Positions 1 to 8,878 of a stretch of 44,029 bases of DNA are shown here, piece by piece. The notes under the pieces are model-generated. The model was not told where the DNA came from and searched no databases. It was given only the letters and a program-made list of their open reading frames with translations. Source of the stretch: Pseudomonadota bacterium (lineage in GTDB: Bacteria; Desulfobacterota; Desulfobacteria; Desulfobacterales; JBDRRP01); contig JBDRRP010000061.1 of assembly GCA_043825735.1 (NCBI GenBank), positions 1 to 44,029 of the forward strand, in the 5' to 3' direction. The position numbers and the translations under genes are program-made. Within the stretch, counting starts at the first letter, position 1, and every line of letters starts with the position of its first letter.

Positions 1-139
1 CCGTGTGTTCGGTTCCCTCGGAGCAGCCATCGCGCAGGCAGCAAGGGGACTGGCTCGGCTGAAGCGCAATCCGAGTTTCCTGCAGTCACTGACCGGCTGG
101 GATTGGATATTAGAGTCATCTTGAATGCAATTTGGAATA
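1..139 (+). mobile_element. 3' end of a probable IS630-family insertion sequence (transposase C-terminus plus right end), truncated by the window start
   Basis: Frame +2 (2..124) reads RVFGSLGAAIAQAARGLARLKRNPSFLQSLTGWDWILESS*, resembling IS630/DDE_3 transposase C-termini (..SLTGWxWI). It is followed by AATGCAATTTGGAA and TA (138-139); IS630 elements duplicate TA. Not in the ORF track. Confidence 0.6.
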
Positions 140-142
140 AGG

Positions 143-167
143 CAAATCTACCATTTCTGGACGGACA
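143..167. repeat. Partial right end of the ~144 bp palindromic repeat family also at 22749 and 38823
   Basis: CAAATCTACCATTTCTGGACGGACA matches the right arms AAAATCTACCACTTGTGAATGGCCAC and AAAATCTACCACCTGTGGGTGGGCAC of the two full copies. Confidence 0.55.
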
Positions 168-266
168 GCAGTTGAACTGGGTACTGGACAACACCCGGCG
201 TTTTGGCGTAATGGCGGGTGCTTTGAAGACGTCGTCGTCGAAAGACCCACAGGCCAAAAAGCACGC

Positions 267-1412
267 ATGAACCATTTTTTCCTCATTTTGCTGTTGACCG
301 CGTTCCCTGCACTGTCCACGGATATGTACCTGCCCGCGATTCCGCAGCTCTGTGATCTGTGGGGCATCTCCTTGGCCAGGGCCAACCTGTCCCTGGCCGC
401 GTTCTTCATCAGTTTCAGCGGGTTTCTGCTGGTTCACGGTCCCCTGGCCGACCGGCACGGCCGTCGGCCGGTGCTCATCGGCGGTGTGTCCATCTACCTC
501 CTGGCGTGCATCCTGTGCGCTGTCTCTCCCGGCATCATAGTGCTGGTGCTGGCCCGTATTCTCCAGGCCTTCGGCGCGTCCGCCGCCTCGGCCATGTCAC
601 TGGCTCTGGCCAAGGACCTATACCAGGGCGATGCGCGCAAAAAACTGTTGGCCTATCTCGGCATCATCATCCCCTTGTGTCCCATGGTAGCCCCTTCAAT
701 GGGTGCCCTGCTGCTGCAGTATTTTTCCTGGCGGGGCATTTTTCTGATACAGGCCGTGCTCGCCCTGCCGGCACTGTATGGATGCGTCACCCTGCGCGAG
801 ACGGTCGTCCCTTCCGCAACCGGCGGCCTGGGGGCGGCCCTCATGCGCTATGTCGGCCTTTTCCGCAACAAGGGGTATCTGCTGTACGCTGTTGCATTCT
901 CCGTCGTCGGGTTCGCGTTCTTCGGCTTTATCGGTGGATCCTCGGACATTTACATCCGGGGTTTCGGTCTTTCCGAGTACGGATTCAGCCTCTATTTCGC
1001 ATTCAACGCACTGGCCTTGATGGGCGGCTCCATGGCCTGCGCCAAATGGGGCACGCATGTCGCCACCGACCGCATTCTTATTTTCTCACTGGTAGGCATG
1101 ACTGCCGGCGGGGTGCTGCTGACGGTTCTGGATACGGGAACGCCGATGGCCTTCGCCCTGCCCATGGCGCTTTATACCTTTTTCATGGGCATGAGCCGTC
1201 CCATCAGCAATCACGTCATCCTGGAGCAGGTGGATCGGGATACGGGCACGGCCGCGTCGCTGCTGACCTTTTTTATATTCCTGGTCGCCGGCCTGGCCAT
1301 GGAACTCGTCTCTTTCGACTGGCCGTCAAAGCCCGTGGCCATCGGCGTCATGGCCGCGGCAGGCGCAGCACTGCCACTGGTGGTGGTATTTTTCTTCCGT
1401 CCACGGGTGTGA
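267..1412 (+). CDS. Bcr/CflA-family multidrug efflux MFS transporter
   Basis: 381 aa with about 12 hydrophobic segments. N-terminal STDMYLPAIP (DHA1/Bcr motif) and MFS motif A GPLADRHGRRPV. Confidence 0.9.
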   Translation: MNHFFLILLLTAFPALSTDMYLPAIPQLCDLWGISLARANLSLAAFFISFSGFLLVHGPLADRHGRRPVLIGGVSIYLLACILCAVSPGIIVLVLARILQAFGASAASAMSLALAKDLYQGDARKKLLAYLGIIIPLCPMVAPSMGALLLQYFSWRGIFLIQAVLALPALYGCVTLRETVVPSATGGLGAALMRYVGLFRNKGYLLYAVAFSVVGFAFFGFIGGSSDIYIRGFGLSEYGFSLYFAFNALALMGGSMACAKWGTHVATDRILIFSLVGMTAGGVLLTVLDTGTPMAFALPMALYTFFMGMSRPISNHVILEQVDRDTGTAASLLTFFIFLVAGLAMELVSFDWPSKPVAIGVMAAAGAALPLVVVFFFRPRV

Positions 1413-1555
1413 TGCACATCGCATCAGCTACCCCGTTCCGGCTGTTTTTTTGGCACACAATGGCCGCTGTGATCACCATTTTAACAAGATCAGAAGGTCA
1501 TTTTTTGAACCACGAGGAACAATTGAAGTTTATGGATTGCTATGCATAATAATAG

Positions 1556-1607
1556 AAGATATATTTTGTGTTTAATGAAGCAACCTGATATATAGCAAAA
1601 TATATTT
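1556..1607. promoter_or_regulatory. AT-rich promoter region with two palindromic candidate operators upstream of the hipB-like gene
   Basis: AAGATATATTTT (1556-1567) and the perfect palindrome AAATATATTT (1598-1607) lie in an AT-rich stretch just before the HTH gene. Confidence 0.4.
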
Positions 1608-1628
1608 ACTAATAATGAGAGAAGCCTC

Positions 1629-1937
1629 GTGCCAACGGATAACATTGAGACGGTTTTGAAAAGCCTTGGATTACGGCTCAGGCGCATGCGTCTTGAGAGA
1701 AACGACACCCAAGATGCCTTTGCCGCCCGCATCGGCATTTCGGTGCCGACACTTCGGGCTATGGAAAACGGCGATCCAGGTGTGCGAATCGGCAACTGGA
1801 TCGAAGCGCTTAGGATCCTCGGCCGATTGAATGATATCGATACGGTGCTTGAAATCCGCGAAACGCTGTTTGATAAATTCGAACGATCTGCCCGTGTCCC
1901 GGCACGGCGGCGCGTCAGTAGAAAGCGCTCTCCATGA
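1629..1937 (+). CDS. hipB: XRE-family helix-turn-helix protein, HipB-like antitoxin
   Basis: GTG start, 102 aa, HTH_3 pattern LRRMRLERNDTQDAFAARIGISVPTLRAMENG. ATGA overlap with the hipA-like gene. Confidence 0.8.
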   Translation: MPTDNIETVLKSLGLRLRRMRLERNDTQDAFAARIGISVPTLRAMENGDPGVRIGNWIEALRILGRLNDIDTVLEIRETLFDKFERSARVPARRRVSRKRSP

Positions 1938-3151
1938 TCAGGTTTTTCGTCAATATCCTCCTTAAGGATGACCCGCTGCCTCGAAGATGCGGCGAACTGC
2001 TCTTCGAGGAGCCCGATGCCCGCGGCCGGATTACCGCGGCTTTTCGATACGCAACCGCATTTCTGGTAGACCCGGCGGCCTTTCCCCTGGACCCGGTTTC
2101 GCTGCCGTTGAGTCCGGAAGTGGTTCAAGCGCATTTGCCAGCGCCCGGATTCGGGGTGTTTGAAGACACGCTGCCGGACGACTGGGGGCGGCGTCTTCTG
2201 GTTCGCAAGGCCGGCCTTGATCGCGAGCACCAGCGTCTGCCCCATCTGCTGAAGGCCATCGGGGCCTCGGCCCTGGGTGCGCTTTCTTTTCTTGAGCGGG
2301 ATGCAGCGGAGCCCCCCCCGCCAGACGCGGATGCAGTGCTTCTTGAAGTGTTGCTGGCACAGGCCGAGGCGTTTGAACGCGATGCGACGGTAAGCGATCG
2401 TGACATCGCCGCCTTACTGCGGGCGGGCAGTTCTCCAGGCGGTGCGCGTCCTAAAGCACTTGTCGATACCGGTGATAATCGACGGTGGATCGCCAAGTTT
2501 CCTCGAAGAGAAGACCGGATGTCGGTGATAACCATTGAAGCGGCCACGATGCGGCTGGCGGCAGCAGCCGGTCTCAGGGTCCCGGAGATACGCACCCTTC
2601 ACATCGCCGAAAAACCGGTGCTGCTGGTTGAACGGTTTGATATCACGCCTGGAGGCGGTAGGCATCATATGATCAGCATGCAGACGCTGCTCAGGGCCGA
2701 CCAGTGGTATCACCTGGGGTACGATGACCTCATGGATGTCGTCCGGCGCATCAGTGACCACCCGCGGGAAGATCTGCAGCAATTGTTCCGGCAGATGGTG
2801 TTCAATGCCGCTGTCGGCAACACGGACGATCATCTCAAGAATTTCACCATGCTTCACGATCACGGCGGGTGGCACCTATCACCGGCCTACGACCTGCTTC
2901 CCGATATCGACGGCCGGCGGGAGCATGTTCTCCGGATCGATTTATCAAACACCTTCAGCGCCCGATCCGCCCTTGAAAATACGGCCAGGCGTCATGGCAT
3001 CCGGGGGGCGGTGGATATCATATCTGAGGTGATCGATGCCGTGTCCAACTGGCGGCAGGGCTTCTCGGAAAGCGGTGTCACGCAAGACGATATCGAACAC
3101 CTATCGCCGGATATCGAGCGGCGGCTGCAGCGGATGCGCATGAAGGGTTGA
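1934..3151 (+). CDS. hipA: HipA-family Ser/Thr kinase toxin (type II TA)
   Basis: Motifs LPDDWGR, GSSPGGARPK, WIAKFP, ERFD, GNTDDHLKNF and LSPAYD. Confidence 0.92.
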   Translation: MIRFFVNILLKDDPLPRRCGELLFEEPDARGRITAAFRYATAFLVDPAAFPLDPVSLPLSPEVVQAHLPAPGFGVFEDTLPDDWGRRLLVRKAGLDREHQRLPHLLKAIGASALGALSFLERDAAEPPPPDADAVLLEVLLAQAEAFERDATVSDRDIAALLRAGSSPGGARPKALVDTGDNRRWIAKFPRREDRMSVITIEAATMRLAAAAGLRVPEIRTLHIAEKPVLLVERFDITPGGGRHHMISMQTLLRADQWYHLGYDDLMDVVRRISDHPREDLQQLFRQMVFNAAVGNTDDHLKNFTMLHDHGGWHLSPAYDLLPDIDGRREHVLRIDLSNTFSARSALENTARRHGIRGAVDIISEVIDAVSNWRQGFSESGVTQDDIEHLSPDIERRLQRMRMKG

Positions 3152-3152
3152 C

Positions 3153-5831
3153 ATGGCAGGCAATAATCTTGTGGCCATCGTGATGGCTGGCGGTGCCATC
3201 GTGCTTGAGTGGGAAAACGCCGACGGCACTATCGGGAAAAGCCAGGGTTTACTTCAAGAGGAGATTTTCCGGAAGTTTTCTGAAAAGACCGGCTCCTGGC
3301 TGTTGTTTCTCGGATTTACTGATTCTGGGGTGCCCCTTTCAGATTCCCTCAACTTCTGGCGCTGTTTTGCCGGCGACTTTACCGCCAGGCTCATCCGCCA
3401 TCCCGATCTTGAAACCCTCCGTGAAAATATCGATCTTCCCCTGGAACCGGATGACATCGATCGGCACCTGGACCAGGCCCCCTTGATGACGGGCTCGGAT
3501 TATCTGGGCACGGCTATTTTGCACGGTGTGTGGCAAACCCTGCTCGCGGATTTCAGAGCCCGGATCGCCGTTCACGAAGGGACGGTGGCCGGATTCATCC
3601 AGTCTTTCAGGCCGGATGTGCATCTGGTCGGACGGATTTATTTCCATCTCGTCGAAAACAAAAAGGCCGACGCCCCCTTTGCCTTCCTGGCCACGTATTC
3701 CACGCGTCTCAATGCCACCGGCGAATCCAAACACGTACCGCTGAAATACGCATTAAAGGAATACGAGGGGCGCCCGGAAAAGCTGCTGGAACTGCTCACC
3801 ACGGTGTATCGGGCCGCCGGGGCCTCTGCCCTGATGCAGAAAATGCTCGAATCCGGCGAGATTTTTCATCCTTTAGCCTGGTCGGCCGGTCAGGCATTCC
3901 GGTTTCTGAAAGATATTCCGGTTTTTGAAAAGGCCGGGATCTTGTGCCGCATTCCGGACTGGTGGCGCCGCGGCGGCGCCCGGGTGCGGCTGAGCCTTCA
4001 GTTCGGCGAGGCCAGACCCTCGCAGCTTGGATTGGACGCGGTGCTCGATTTTCGTCCCACTCTGTTTTTGGACGATACTTCCATTTCCGCGGCCGAGGCT
4101 GAGAAACTGCTGGCCACTTCCGAGGGGTTGGCATTCATCAAGAACAAATGGGTGGTCGTCGATGTTCAAAAGCTTGAAAAGACGCTGGCCGCTTATGAAA
4201 AGGCAAGTAAAATGGCCGGCGAGGAGGGGATCGGGCTCGGTGATGCGCTTCGCTTTCAGTTGCAACCGGAGAAGTTTTTCGATCTGGGCGACAGCGGGGC
4301 CGATATCGGGGTCACCAACGGGCAATGGCTCGCCTCGGTTATCGGCAAACTCAAGGCCCCGGACCGGATCGACAGCATCACGCCGGGTAACCGATTCAAG
4401 GCGCAGCTACGCCCCTACCAGCAGCAGGGTCTGAACTGGCTCAGTTTTCTCAATTCAATGGGGCTGGGGGCCTGCCTGGCCGACGACATGGGGTTGGGCA
4501 AAACCGTCCAAGCCTTGGCTTTACTGAACCATCTCAAATCCGGGGCCAGGGCTGGCGATAGCGGGAGGGCGGCCAGTTTATTGGTCCTGCCCGCGTCCCT
4601 GCTCTCCAACTGGGCCGCTGAAATCGATGCCTTTGCCCCGGGACTGAGCTACCTGGTCCTGCATCCCGGGTTCCAGGCCGTTAAAGATCTGGAAAAGCGC
4701 TATGGCGGGCGCTTTGATGATTTCGATCTGGTGATCACCACCTATGCCCTGGCGACCCGTTATGCCTGGCTCCAGAACCACTCATGGTTTTACCTGATTC
4801 TGGACGAAGCGCAGGCCATCAAGAACCCGGGGGCCAAACAGGCCAAGGCGCTCAAGAAATATGTCGCCGCGCACCGGCTGATTATGACCGGCACACCGGT
4901 TGAAAACCGGCTCTCTGATCTGTGGTCTCTCTTTGATTTCATCAACCCGGGGTTGCTTGGCACTGCTAACGAATTCAAGCGGTTTTCAAAGAACCTCGGC
5001 ACCGATCGCAGCGGATACGCAAGGCTACGCCGCCTGGTAAGGCCCTATATCCTGAGGCGTCTAAAAACCGACAGGGCCATCATCAGCGATCTGCCCGACA
5101 AGGTGGAAATGAAAACCTATGCCGCCTTGAGCAAGGCCCAGACCGTGCTTTACCGGCAATTGATCAGTGAGATTCAAAACACCATTGCCGAAAAAGAGGG
5201 CATGGCGCGAAAGGGGCTGATCCTGTCGGCGCTGGTGAAATTCAAACAGCTTTGCAACCACCCGGATCAGTACCTGGGAACCGGCGGGTACGCGGAAGAA
5301 GACTCCGGAAAATTTGCGCGGCTCCGCGAAATCTGCGAGACCATTTACGCCAAGCGGGAAAAGGTGCTGGTCTTTACCCAGTTCAAGGAGATGACGCTGC
5401 CCTTGAGTCGGTTTCTCCAATCGATTTTCAAACAGGAAGGGCAGATTATCCATGGAAGCGTTCCGGCCGGGAAGCGAAAGGAGATCATCGAGGTGTTCCA
5501 AAAGGATGCCTGTGTGCCGTTTATGGTGTTGTCTCTAAAGGCCGGCGGTGTGGGGCTTAATCTGACCGAAGCCAACCACGTGATCCATTTTGACCGGTGG
5601 TGGAATCCGGCCGTTGAAAACCAGGCTACGGACAGGGTCTTCCGGATCGGCCAGAAAAAAAAGGTTATTGTACATAAATTCATCACCCGGGGCACCGTGG
5701 AGGAGAAGATCGACCAAATGCTTGAAGATAAGAAAAAACTGTCTGTAAACGTCATCCCCGAGACTGGCGAAAAGTGGATCACCGAGATGGACAACGACGA
5801 ACTGGTTGATCTGTTTTCGTTGTCATTGTAA
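3153..5831 (+). CDS. SNF2/SWI2-family DEAD/DEAH-box helicase/translocase
   Basis: Motifs LRPYQ, LADDMGLGKT, ILDEAQ, TGTPVENRL, SLKAGGVGLNLT and HFDRWWNPAVENQATDRVFRIGQ. Confidence 0.95.
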   Translation: MAGNNLVAIVMAGGAIVLEWENADGTIGKSQGLLQEEIFRKFSEKTGSWLLFLGFTDSGVPLSDSLNFWRCFAGDFTARLIRHPDLETLRENIDLPLEPDDIDRHLDQAPLMTGSDYLGTAILHGVWQTLLADFRARIAVHEGTVAGFIQSFRPDVHLVGRIYFHLVENKKADAPFAFLATYSTRLNATGESKHVPLKYALKEYEGRPEKLLELLTTVYRAAGASALMQKMLESGEIFHPLAWSAGQAFRFLKDIPVFEKAGILCRIPDWWRRGGARVRLSLQFGEARPSQLGLDAVLDFRPTLFLDDTSISAAEAEKLLATSEGLAFIKNKWVVVDVQKLEKTLAAYEKASKMAGEEGIGLGDALRFQLQPEKFFDLGDSGADIGVTNGQWLASVIGKLKAPDRIDSITPGNRFKAQLRPYQQQGLNWLSFLNSMGLGACLADDMGLGKTVQALALLNHLKSGARAGDSGRAASLLVLPASLLSNWAAEIDAFAPGLSYLVLHPGFQAVKDLEKRYGGRFDDFDLVITTYALATRYAWLQNHSWFYLILDEAQAIKNPGAKQAKALKKYVAAHRLIMTGTPVENRLSDLWSLFDFINPGLLGTANEFKRFSKNLGTDRSGYARLRRLVRPYILRRLKTDRAIISDLPDKVEMKTYAALSKAQTVLYRQLISEIQNTIAEKEGMARKGLILSALVKFKQLCNHPDQYLGTGGYAEEDSGKFARLREICETIYAKREKVLVFTQFKEMTLPLSRFLQSIFKQEGQIIHGSVPAGKRKEIIEVFQKDACVPFMVLSLKAGGVGLNLTEANHVIHFDRWWNPAVENQATDRVFRIGQKKKVIVHKFITRGTVEEKIDQMLEDKKKLSVNVIPETGEKWITEMDNDELVDLFSLSL

Positions 5832-5875
5832 ACGCGAAACGAGTTACATGGTTACACGAATGAAAAGAGGCGCTC

Positions 5876-7090
5876 ATGGGATATTACAAGTTTCCGCGCT
5901 ACGTGTCCGTCGCAGAAAAAAAGGCTCGGGCCGAGAAAAAACTCAAGCAGCTTCGGAAAAAGGAAACGGATATCCAGCCGGTGGTGGTCGATGGTCACGC
6001 CCTGGCCCGAACATGGTGGGGAAAGGCGTGGAACCGCAACCTGGAGCGGTATGCTGATTTTGTAAACCGGATCAGCCGGGGACGGAGTTACCTGCGCCAC
6101 GGTGCGGTCCTGGATCTTCGCATCGAACCGGGCGAGGTGCGCGCTCTGGTGCAGGGGTCGGCCTCCCGGCCGTATTCGGTGACGATACGGATTGCTGCCC
6201 TTGGCAAAAAGAACTGGAAAGACATTCGGGGGGCCTGTGCCGGCCGGATCGAATCGATGAGCGATCTTCTGCAAGGGCGATTTCCCGAGTCGCTCTCGGA
6301 GGTTTTTACGGCCCGGGGTCAGGGACTTTTCCCTTCACCGCAGGAAATTAAATTTGATTGTAGCTGTCCGGACTGGGCCGAGATGTGTAAGCATGTGGCG
6401 GCCACCCTGTACGGCATCGGTGCCAGATTGGATGAAGACCCGGCCCTGTTTTTTATCCTCAGAAAGGTCAAGGTCGCAGATCTGATTTCAGAGGCCATGG
6501 CCGAGACGACCGAACGACTTCTGGAAAAGGCGAAGGAAACATCGGGGCAGGTGATCGCCGAAGCGGATCTGGCCGATGTCTTCGGCATTGTGATGGACGA
6601 GCAACTCGATTTCGGCAATACCACCGCGCCTGGTATCGGGAAAAACAGCCCGGTCGAAACAAAGGCCGCACGGCGCACTGCGCGGGTGGCGGTATCGCGG
6701 AGAAGAAAGAACTCCTCCGTCAGCGACCGGGACCGGGTTTTGGCGTTGGTGAAAAATGCATCAGCAGGTATCGCTGTGAAGGCCCTGGCAGCAGAGACAG
6801 GACTCACGTCCGTCCGTGTACGCAACATCATCGCCTGGGCCCATGCCCAGGGCGCTATCGTGCGCCTGGCCCGAGGCGTTTACGGCGCCAAGAAAGAACG
6901 CGCCGCCCGGGGCACCGCGACCGAAGTCGTGCTTAAAGCCGTCCAAAACGCCAATGAAGGGATCGGGGTTCCCGAGCTTTGCGAAAGGACCGGCCTGGAG
7001 GCGAAAAATCTGAGGGATATCATTTTCCGTCTTTCCAAGCTGGGAAAAATCAAACGCATCCGGTGGGGGATTTACGCTGCGGTCAGATAG
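5876..7090 (+). CDS. SWIM zinc-finger protein with two C-terminal winged-HTH-like repeats
   Basis: SWIM motif CSCPDWAEMCKH and N-terminal TWWGKAW...RGRSY. The C-terminus has two ~60 aa repeats ending IVRLARGVY and IKRIRWGIY. Confidence 0.85.
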   Translation: MGYYKFPRYVSVAEKKARAEKKLKQLRKKETDIQPVVVDGHALARTWWGKAWNRNLERYADFVNRISRGRSYLRHGAVLDLRIEPGEVRALVQGSASRPYSVTIRIAALGKKNWKDIRGACAGRIESMSDLLQGRFPESLSEVFTARGQGLFPSPQEIKFDCSCPDWAEMCKHVAATLYGIGARLDEDPALFFILRKVKVADLISEAMAETTERLLEKAKETSGQVIAEADLADVFGIVMDEQLDFGNTTAPGIGKNSPVETKAARRTARVAVSRRRKNSSVSDRDRVLALVKNASAGIAVKALAAETGLTSVRVRNIIAWAHAQGAIVRLARGVYGAKKERAARGTATEVVLKAVQNANEGIGVPELCERTGLEAKNLRDIIFRLSKLGKIKRIRWGIYAAVR

Positions 7091-7229
7091 TTGCATGTAG
7101 AAATGCTTACCGACACCGATTCAACAGACTCAAACGCTTTCTGAATCCGTTCGGCCAAAAATACCTTCAACCGGTTATTGCGCCAAGAGGCAGTCCGGGG
7201 GCAGGTATGCTGCCAAAATAACAGCGTTG

Positions 7230-7484
7230 TTAGTAATGGTACCGGCACTGGGCGATAAGGACGGCCTCTGCCGACATTTTGTAAACAAGGCGGTGTTCTT
7301 CGGAGATGCGGCGGGACCAGTAGCCGGACAGGGCGTGCTTGAGGGCTTCGGGTTTGCCGATTCCCTCGAAAGGGCTGCGCTCGATGTCTTTGATAAGGGT
7401 GTTGATGCGCTTTAGAACTTTTCTATCTGTTTTCTGCCAATAAAGATAATCGGCCCAGGCGTTTTCGGAAAAAATGAGCTTCAC
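7230..7484 (-). CDS. yoeB: Txe/YoeB-family mRNA interferase toxin
   Basis: MKLIFSENAWADYLYWQ...GIGKPEALKHALSGYWSRRISEEHRLVY...CRYHY is a typical YoeB sequence. Confidence 0.95.
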   Translation of the reverse strand: MKLIFSENAWADYLYWQKTDRKVLKRINTLIKDIERSPFEGIGKPEALKHALSGYWSRRISEEHRLVYKMSAEAVLIAQCRYHY

Positions 7485-7732
7485 TCGACAAGCGCCCTTT
7501 CCGTGCCGCCGGTCTGTTCCAATTCTGAGACGGATTCCATCAGGCGCCGGACATTTTTGGGAGATCGGAGCAGGTAAGCGGTTTCCTCCAGCGCCTCGTA
7601 ATCTTCCAGCGACATGATGACCACCGATTCAGAGGAATTGCGGGTAACGATGATCGGTGAGCGGTCCTTGCAAACCGATTCCATCGTTTTGGCCAGGTTC
7701 TGCCGGGCGGCTGTGTAGGTGATGGCTTTCAT
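7481..7732 (-). CDS. yefM: YefM/Phd-family antitoxin (true start inside the longer track ORF)
   Basis: MKAITYTAARQNLAKTM...SLEDYEALEETAYLLRSPKN. AGGAGG RBS upstream of ATG 7732; 4-bp overlap with yoeB. Confidence 0.93.
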   Translation of the reverse strand: MKAITYTAARQNLAKTMESVCKDRSPIIVTRNSSESVVIMSLEDYEALEETAYLLRSPKNVRRLMESVSELEQTGGTERALVE

Positions 7733-7740
7733 GGTTTTCC

Positions 7741-7782
7741 TCCTGTACAGGAAACTGTACATATCATGCTTTGTTTTGTCAA
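7741..7782 (-). promoter_or_regulatory. yefM-yoeB sigma-70 promoter with paired TGTACA operator palindromes
   Basis: Minus strand TTGACA (7782-7777), 17 bp, TACAGT (7759-7754). TCCTGTACAGGA at 7741-7752 and a second TGTACA at 7756-7761, 12 bp centre to centre. Confidence 0.8.
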
Positions 7783-7823
7783 TCCGGGCAAAAGCGTCTG
7801 CAGGGTGTGTATAGTTGGTGGAG

Positions 7824-7858
7824 TTGACAGCTGTCACGTTACAGTTTACAGTTTTGCC
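7824..7858 (+). promoter_or_regulatory. higBA-1 promoter/operator
   Basis: TTGACA (7824-7829), 17 bp, TACAGT (7847-7852). Overlapping palindromes TGACAGCTGTCA (7825-7836) and near-palindrome CTGTCACGTTACAG (7831-7844). Confidence 0.7.
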
Positions 7859-8140
7859 ATGATAAAAACGTTTGCCGACAAAGAGACGCAGCGGCTCTAT
7901 ATTTCCGGCAAGGCAAAGCGTATTCCAGCCGAAATCGTCAAAAGGGCGCTGCGGCGCCTGGAATATATTCACTACGCTGTCGATCTGGACGACTTGAGAG
8001 CGCCTCCAAGCAATAGGCTCCATTCGTTGAAGGGGGGTAGAAAAGGGCAGCACGCAATATCCATCAACGATCAATGGCGCATCTGTTTCCGGTTCGCTGA
8101 TGGAGATGCCTACGATGTTGAGATTACTGGCTACCATTGA
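7859..8140 (+). CDS. higB: HigB (RelE/ParE superfamily) toxin, copy 1
   Basis: MIKTFADKETQRLY...DLRAPPSNRLHSLKGGRKGQHAISINDQWRICFRF...VEITGYH. ATG at 7859. Confidence 0.92.
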   Translation: MIKTFADKETQRLYISGKAKRIPAEIVKRALRRLEYIHYAVDLDDLRAPPSNRLHSLKGGRKGQHAISINDQWRICFRFADGDAYDVEITGYH

Positions 8141-8152
8141 GGGGTGAAAACC

Positions 8153-8467
8153 ATGGCGATAAATAACACGCTTAAGCGGGAGATCGCACCGACACATCCA
8201 GGGGAAATGCTGCGGCAAGATTTCATGCCCGATTTCGATCTCAATGTGACGTCGCTGGCGGCAGCTTTAGGCGTATCACGCCAGACGGTCAATGAAACGC
8301 TCCGGGAGCGCCGCGGCATCACGCCGGTCATGGCCCTACGCCTCTCACGGCTTTTCGGCAATTCCCCCGAGTTCTGGCTGAACGCACAGCACGCGTGGGA
8401 CCTATGGGATTCGGAACGAAAGTACGGCAGTGAACTATCACGGATTACACCGCTGAATGCCGCGTGA
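8153..8467 (+). CDS. higA: HigA-family antitoxin, copy 1
   Basis: PTHPGEMLRQDF...ITPVMALRLSRLFGNSPEFWLNAQ. An alternative GTG start is at 8144. Confidence 0.92.
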   Translation: MAINNTLKREIAPTHPGEMLRQDFMPDFDLNVTSLAAALGVSRQTVNETLRERRGITPVMALRLSRLFGNSPEFWLNAQHAWDLWDSERKYGSELSRITPLNAA

Positions 8468-8527
8468 ACCATTACAGTGGTTGAACTGGCAGGGTCGCGG
8501 GCAATTCAGGTTGGATAATAATCGGGA

Positions 8528-8869
8528 TCAACTGCCGTGTATAGCCTTGTCATCCATCCTTCCGTTGCTGCCGACGATTGAGGTCCACGGCGTGATTTTT
8601 CTCAACTCCTGCCCCAGTTTTCGTTCCGCCACTTCCGTATCGTGCGCGGCTTGGGCACGCAGCCAGTAGCCGTTGGACAACCCAAAAAAACGGCACAAGC
8701 GCAAATCCGTGTCTGCGGTAATAGCTCGCTTGCCGGCAACAACGGCGCTGATGCGCTGGGCCGGGACACCGATCTCCTTGGCCAGTCGGTATTGGCTTAC
8801 CCCCATGGGTTTAAGAAACTCTTCCAGCAGAATTTCACCAGGGGTTATTGGATCAAGTTCATTCATCAT
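8528..8869 (-). CDS. higA: HigA-family antitoxin, copy 2
   Basis: PITPGEILLEEFLKPMGVSQYRLAKEIGVPAQRIS...ITADTDLRLCRFFGLSNGYWLRAQ. Confidence 0.92.
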   Translation of the reverse strand: MMNELDPITPGEILLEEFLKPMGVSQYRLAKEIGVPAQRISAVVAGKRAITADTDLRLCRFFGLSNGYWLRAQAAHDTEVAERKLGQELRKITPWTSIVGSNGRMDDKAIHGS

Positions 8870-8878
8870 CGATCCCCT

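Noticed and set aside
359..1549. 396 aa alternative-frame ORF overlapping the MFS gene
   Set aside because: Arg/Pro/Gly-rich frame-shift shadow of a clear transporter gene.
7733..8218. Long N-terminal extension of the 245 aa ORF 7481..8218 (-)
   Set aside because: It is antisense to higB-1. The YefM homology, RBS and operator all point to a start at 7732.
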